Origin: Actinobacteria bacterium UBA7524
GTDB taxonomy: Bacteria > Actinomycetota > Coriobacteriia > Anaerosomatales > UBA912
Length of the DNA stretch: 64,000 bases
Direction of reading: 5' to 3'
Assembly (NCBI GenBank): GCA_002478275.1
Contig: DLMY01000053.1
Span: 26,347-90,346, forward strand
The notes below the pieces were generated by a model, which had not been told where the DNA came from, did not search any database, and saw only the letters and a list, made by a program, of their open reading frames with translations. Below, in pieces: positions 59,549-64,000 of this stretch. The position numbers and the translations under genes are program-made. Position 1 is the first letter of the stretch; each line of letters starts with the position of its first letter.

Positions 59549-60961
59549 ATGAACCGCGCACGCCTCGTCCGACTGATGCTCATCTTCGTATTCTCCCTGG
59601 CTCTGTTACCCGTTGCGCCTGCGGCGGCATACGGCCCGGTGCTCTTCAGCGGCTCTGTACTGGACGCCGGCAGCGGTGACCCTTTGCCCTATGCCACCGT
59701 GCGCCTGTTCACGGGCGCGAACTTGATCGCGGAGACGACGACCGATCAGTGGGGCCGGTTCTCCTTCGATTACGATTCAATAAGTAGAGTCCCGTGGGAG
59801 CGCTTCTGGCAGATGGAGTGTTTCGCCCGGATCTCCCGCACCGGGTGGACCAGTGCGACCACGAAGACCAAGAGCATGAAGGACTGGGACTGGGATTGGG
59901 ACTCCGAGGGTCTCGTCTTCGGTACGTACGAACTCACCAGACAGCCCGGCGTCACACCGCTATCACCGATCTATGGAGAGAACCGCTTCGAGACCGCGAA
60001 GCGGATCTCCCAGGCGGCCTACCCTGACGGACTCGACCACAGCCCGGCTCACACGACGGTGGGTACGGTTGTCATAGCGAGCGGCACGAGTTGGGCGGAT
60101 GCGCTTCTGGCCGCCAGCGTCGCAGGAGTCGAGGATGCCCCGATCATCCTTGCTGGAGGCGGCTACGAGCCTTGGGGATATCCGTACTACGGCCCCTACC
60201 CGTGGGCCTACGATCCCATGAAGGAGATACGCCGCTTGTCACCCGATCGCGCGATCATCGTCGGTGGAGAGCGTGCGGTACCGCTTGACGCCGAGGTCAA
60301 CCTCAGGATCTGGCTCGGCGGCGACGACGTCGTCCGGTTGTGGGGCGATGACCGCTACGGGACCGCCCGGGCAGCGAGCACCTACGTGATGGAGAACCTC
60401 TCAGTCCCGACCACGACCGCGGTGGTGGCGACCGGCCTGAACTACGCCGACGTGCTGGCCGCATCGGCGATCATCTGGCACGAGAAGCTGCCGCTGTACC
60501 TGACGTCGGCTTCCGGTATCGATTCGCAGGCAGTGGACGAGATGGTCGGCGGGGGCATCACCGATGTAGTGATCGTGGGCGGGGAAGCTGCAGTACCCGC
60601 ATCTGTCGAGGCAAGCCTGGCCGCCACGTTCGGAGGCGCGCACGTGAGCCGCATCGGGGGCCGGGACCGTTACGCGACCTCGGCGCTCCTTGCGCAATGG
60701 GCGATAGACGAGTTCGGCATGGACTTCGAACACGTCGCGTTGGCGAGCGGTCAGAAGGCCACAGACGCCCTGGCTGGAGGTCCGCTGCAGGGCGGCTCGG
60801 GAAGCCTGCTACTGCTCACGCGCAGGGACGGGGTTCCGCCGGTCATCGCCGAGCTGTTGGCCGACAACGCTGCCGAGATCGAGGAGGTTCGCTTCCTCGG
60901 TGGTCCTCGTGCCGTGTACAAGTCGGTCTGGACGCAGGTGCGTGAGCTGATGGGCGACTGA
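59549..60961 (+). CDS. secreted protein: signal peptide, carboxypeptidase-regulatory-like beta domain, three cell-wall-binding repeat 2 (CWB2)-like modules
   Basis: Signal peptide ending PAAAYG. SGSVLDAGSGDPLPYATVRLF. Three repeats begin GENRFETAKRIS / GDDRYGTARAAS / GRDRYATSALLA, each followed by a G..(W/Y)ADAL/VLAA segment. Confidence 0.65.
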   Translation: MNRARLVRLMLIFVFSLALLPVAPAAAYGPVLFSGSVLDAGSGDPLPYATVRLFTGANLIAETTTDQWGRFSFDYDSISRVPWERFWQMECFARISRTGWTSATTKTKSMKDWDWDWDSEGLVFGTYELTRQPGVTPLSPIYGENRFETAKRISQAAYPDGLDHSPAHTTVGTVVIASGTSWADALLAASVAGVEDAPIILAGGGYEPWGYPYYGPYPWAYDPMKEIRRLSPDRAIIVGGERAVPLDAEVNLRIWLGGDDVVRLWGDDRYGTARAASTYVMENLSVPTTTAVVATGLNYADVLAASAIIWHEKLPLYLTSASGIDSQAVDEMVGGGITDVVIVGGEAAVPASVEASLAATFGGAHVSRIGGRDRYATSALLAQWAIDEFGMDFEHVALASGQKATDALAGGPLQGGSGSLLLLTRRDGVPPVIAELLADNAAEIEEVRFLGGPRAVYKSVWTQVRELMGD

Positions 60962-61072
60962 CGGGACGGTTACAGCACGTCTTGCCGCCTTGCCCGTACC
61001 CCATTCATCGGCTACCGTTTCGGTGTCGGTCGCGCGGTGTGCGCGGCGGCTATCCCGACACGTGAGGACCGC

Positions 61073-62347
61073 ATGCGCTCTATCATCGTTCGCGGCGGCA
61101 CGTCGCTTACAGGCGAAGTGCACGTCGAAGGCGCCAAGAACTCGGCGCTCAAACTCATGGCCGCGTCGATCCTTGCGAACGGCGCTACCCGCATAACCAA
61201 CGTCCCGGACATCAGCGACGTTCGGACGATGGCCGAGGTCGTCACGGGGCTCGGTGCCACGGTCGAGCGCACCGATCACGCTCTGACCATCGACACCACC
61301 GGCGTGACGTCGTTCGAGGCCCCGTACGAGATGGTGGCCAGGATGCGCGCGTCGATAGCGGTCCTGGGCCCGCTCATCGCGCGTCTCGGTCAGGCGAAGG
61401 TCGCCATGCCGGGAGGCTGCGCCATCGGCTCGCGCAAGATCGACATGCATATCCGCGGACTCGAAGCCCTGGGCGTCCATGTCGAGATAGGGCACGGCTA
61501 TATCCATGCCACCACGCCCGAAGGGCTCAAAGGTGCGCAGGTCATGCTCGACTTCCCGAGCGTGGGCGCGACCGAGAACCTGCTCATGGCTGCAGTGCTC
61601 GCCGAGGGCACGACCACCATCGACAACGCGGCGCGCGAACCCGAGATCGTCGATCTGGCGGGCTTCCTGTCTTCGATGGGGGCGCACATCGAGGGCGCCG
61701 GGAGTTCGACGATCACCGTCGAAGGCCGCTCGGAGCTCTCTCCCGTGGACGGCCACCGCGTGGTTGGCGACCGCATCGAGGCGGGCACGTTCCTGGTAGC
61801 CGGGGCGCTCGGCAAAGGGCCGGTCACCGTCAGGGGGTTCGACCCGCATCACCTCGAGATGCTGCTCGCCAAACTCGAGCAGGCCGGTTGCGCGATCGAG
61901 ACGCACCCGGACGGAGTCACGATCTCCCTCACACGCCGGCCTTCACCGGTCGATATCCAGACGCTTCCGCACCCGGGGTTCCCCACCGACATGCAGGCGC
62001 AGTTCATGGCTCTCATGGCCATCGCGGAAGGCGACTGCGTGATAACCGAGAACGTCTTCGAGAACCGCTACATGTTCGCCGAGGAACTCTTGCGCATGGG
62101 TGCTGACGTGCGCATCGAGAGCCATCATGCACTCGTCAAAGGAGTGGAGCGGCTCTCCGGCGCGCCGGTCCGTTCCCCGGACCTTCGGGGTGGGGCCGCG
62201 CTCGTGCTCGCCGCACTCGTCGCCGAGGGCACCTCTGAGATCCTCGACATACATCACATCGAGCGCGGGTACGAGCGCTTCGTCGACAAGCTGGCCGTGC
62301 TCGGCGCCGACATCAGCATCGCGGCCAGCGACGAGAGGGGAGTGTGA
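61073..62347 (+). CDS. murA: UDP-N-acetylglucosamine 1-carboxyvinyltransferase
   Basis: GAKNSALK, the catalytic-loop GGCAIGSRKID, and PGFPTDMQAQ. Confidence 0.95.
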   Translation: MRSIIVRGGTSLTGEVHVEGAKNSALKLMAASILANGATRITNVPDISDVRTMAEVVTGLGATVERTDHALTIDTTGVTSFEAPYEMVARMRASIAVLGPLIARLGQAKVAMPGGCAIGSRKIDMHIRGLEALGVHVEIGHGYIHATTPEGLKGAQVMLDFPSVGATENLLMAAVLAEGTTTIDNAAREPEIVDLAGFLSSMGAHIEGAGSSTITVEGRSELSPVDGHRVVGDRIEAGTFLVAGALGKGPVTVRGFDPHHLEMLLAKLEQAGCAIETHPDGVTISLTRRPSPVDIQTLPHPGFPTDMQAQFMALMAIAEGDCVITENVFENRYMFAEELLRMGADVRIESHHALVKGVERLSGAPVRSPDLRGGAALVLAALVAEGTSEILDIHHIERGYERFVDKLAVLGADISIAASDERGV

Positions 62348-62350
62348 CTC

Positions 62351-62773
62351 ATGCTCGACAAAGACGCCATCAAGGCGATCATCCCGCACAGGGAGCCGTT
62401 CTTGCTCGTCGACCGCGTCACCGACATGGTGCCGGGAGAGCGCGCCACCGGCTACCTCGACGTGACAGCCGACGCGTTCTGGGTGCCCGGTCATTTCCCG
62501 GACTATCCGGTCATGCCTGGCGTACTCATCGTCGAGGCACTCGCGCAGGTCGGCTCCGTCGCCATGCTCGCATTGCCGGAGAACGCGGGCAGGATCGGGT
62601 TCTTCGGCGGGATCGACAAGGTGCGTTTCAAGCGCCAGGTCGTGCCCGGGGACACGTTGCGAATGGAGTGCGTCATCACCAAGCGTCGCGGTCCGATCGG
62701 CTTCGGTGAGGCGCAGGCTTTCGTGGGCGATGAGCTTGCATGCGCGGGCGAGCTGATGTTTGCGATAAAATAG
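62351..62773 (+). CDS. fabZ: 3-hydroxyacyl-ACP dehydratase FabZ
   Basis: [26 protein letters not shown] and the hot-dog fold length. Confidence 0.93.
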   Translation: MLDKDAIKAIIPHREPFLLVDRVTDMVPGERATGYLDVTADAFWVPGHFPDYPVMPGVLIVEALAQVGSVAMLALPENAGRIGFFGGIDKVRFKRQVVPGDTLRMECVITKRRGPIGFGEAQAFVGDELACAGELMFAIK

Positions 62774-62868
62774 GCGAGTTTCGGGCCTTTTCCGATATGC
62801 CGAGGAGACCCGGAACGCGAACGAGGGATCGCGGCGCCGTCCGGCGCCTGAGGAAGCGGAAGGAAACG

Positions 62869-64000
62869 ATGTCACTTCATAGTCGCTTGACCGACGGCAC
62901 GGCCGTGCTCGGAGTGGTCGGGCTCGGATACGTGGGGTTGCCTCTCGCTGTTGAGATGGCAAAGGCCGGCCACCGTGTCGTGGGCGTGGACGTGTCCGCC
63001 GAGAAAGCCGATCTCGTCAACCGCGGCGAGAGCTACATCCCTGATGTTCCGGCCTCCGAGTTCGCAGGACTCGTGGCTGGAGGTCTGATCGCCGCGACAA
63101 CCGATTTCGCTGCGGTCTCCGAGTGCGATGCGATCGCGGTGTGCGTCCCGACCCCGCTTGATGAGATGAAGCAGCCCGACACCTCATACATGGAGTCGGC
63201 GGCGCGTTCGATAGCCGAGCATCTGCACCCCGATGTCCTCGTGACGTTGGAGTCGACGACCTATCCGGGCACTACCGAGGAGGTCATCCAGCCGATACTC
63301 GAAGGCTCCGGCCTGAAGGTCGGCACCGACCTGTACCTCGCGTTCTCGCCCGAACGTGTCGACCCGGGCAACCCGGTGTACCAGACCCGCAACACGCCCA
63401 AGGTGGTCGGTGGCGTGACCAAGGAGTGCACGCGGCACGCTGTGGCGATGTATGAGCGCTTCATCGATACGGTGGTGCCTGTCTCAACGACACGTGCTGC
63501 CGAGATGACGAAGCTGCTCGAGAACACCTTCCGCGGGGTCAACATCGCGCTCGTCAACGAGCTGCTGCTGCTCAGCGACCGTATGGGTATCGATCTGTGG
63601 GAGGTCATCGACGCCGCCAAGACCAAGCCCTTCGGCTACATGGCGTTCTACCCGGGTCCCGGTCTGGGCGGTCACTGTATCCCGATCGACCCGCTGTACC
63701 TGTCGTGGAAGGCGCGGCAGTACGATTTCCGCACCGAGTTCATCGACCTGTCTGGGCGCATCAACGAGTCGATGCCGTACTATGTCATCGAGCGTCTCAT
63801 GCATGCGCTGAACCGCCACCGCAAACCGCTGGCAGGTTCGCGCATCCTCATGCTCGGTGTCGCATACAAGGCCGACATCGACGACATGCGTGAGTCTCCT
63901 GCGATCACCGTGGCCGAGCTGCTGCTGGAGCAGGAGGCGAAGCTTGTCTACCACGACCCGTTCGTCGAGAGCTTCTCGGTCGGAGCGGTCGAAGTCCCGC
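62869..64000 (+). CDS. nucleotide-sugar dehydrogenase (UDP-GlcNAc / UDP-ManNAc 6-dehydrogenase-like); 3' end outside the window
   Basis: Translated by hand from ATG 62869: MSLHSRLTDGTAVLGVVGLGYVGLPLAVEMAKAGHRVVGVDV...VCVPTPL...ESTTYPGTT...FSPERVDPGN. No stop codon before the window ends, so it is not in the ORF track. Confidence 0.85.
   Translation, partial: MSLHSRLTDGTAVLGVVGLGYVGLPLAVEMAKAGHRVVGVDVSAEKADLVNRGESYIPDVPASEFAGLVAGGLIAATTDFAAVSECDAIAVCVPTPLDEMKQPDTSYMESAARSIAEHLHPDVLVTLESTTYPGTTEEVIQPILEGSGLKVGTDLYLAFSPERVDPGNPVYQTRNTPKVVGGVTKECTRHAVAMYERFIDTVVPVSTTRAAEMTKLLENTFRGVNIALVNELLLLSDRMGIDLWEVIDAAKTKPFGYMAFYPGPGLGGHCIPIDPLYLSWKARQYDFRTEFIDLSGRINESMPYYVIERLMHALNRHRKPLAGSRILMLGVAYKADIDDMRESPAITVAELLLEQEAKLVYHDPFVESFSVGAVEVP

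Overview
High-GC (roughly 64-65% by eye) bacterial chromosomal segment. It is almost entirely co-directional: about 70 CDS plus one tRNA on the + strand, and only a STAS gene and a chemoreceptor gene on the - strand. Gene order and content look like an anaerobic, possibly thermophilic, high-GC Gram-positive (Actinomycetota/Coriobacteriia-like); this is inference only. No transposases, integrases, CRISPR arrays or recognisable defence genes were seen. Most of the window is conserved housekeeping: tatA-tatC, hypA-hypB, topA, mdh with a two-subunit class I fumarase, tmk-holB-ricT-tRNA-Thr, htrA, rlmH, argS, hom-thrB, sppA, tal, rho, rpmE, thyX, prfA-prmC-tsaC-rpiB-glyA-upp, a dCMP deaminase, a WecA/MraY-family transferase, the complete atpIBEFHAGDC operon, murA and fabZ. 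Four things stand out. (1) 19.1-24.9 kb holds a tightly coupled 7-gene complex-I-like operon in canonical nuo order, containing only a small membrane ORF, NuoB, fused NuoCD, NuoH, NuoJ, NuoK and one antiporter-like (NuoN-like) subunit. It has no E/F/G, no NuoI, no L/M, no NiFe ligands, and substitutions at canonical proton-pathway residues. This is the best candidate for an undescribed system. (2) 29.27-29.72 kb holds a thioredoxin-fold lipoprotein whose CxxC position reads U-P-A-C through an in-frame TGA, followed by a SECIS-like stem-loop (candidate selenoprotein). (3) 33.8-37.0 kb holds a metallophosphoesterase / cyclic-2,3-diphosphoglycerate-synthetase-like / 2-phosphoglycerate-kinase-like operon, an archaeal thermoprotectant pathway in a bacterial context. 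(4) Several AT-richer intergenic islands carry unusual DNA motifs: a 20-bp perfect palindrome, three abutting DnaA-box-like 9-mers, and a structured leader. All family assignments come from reading motifs by eye; no database search was possible.
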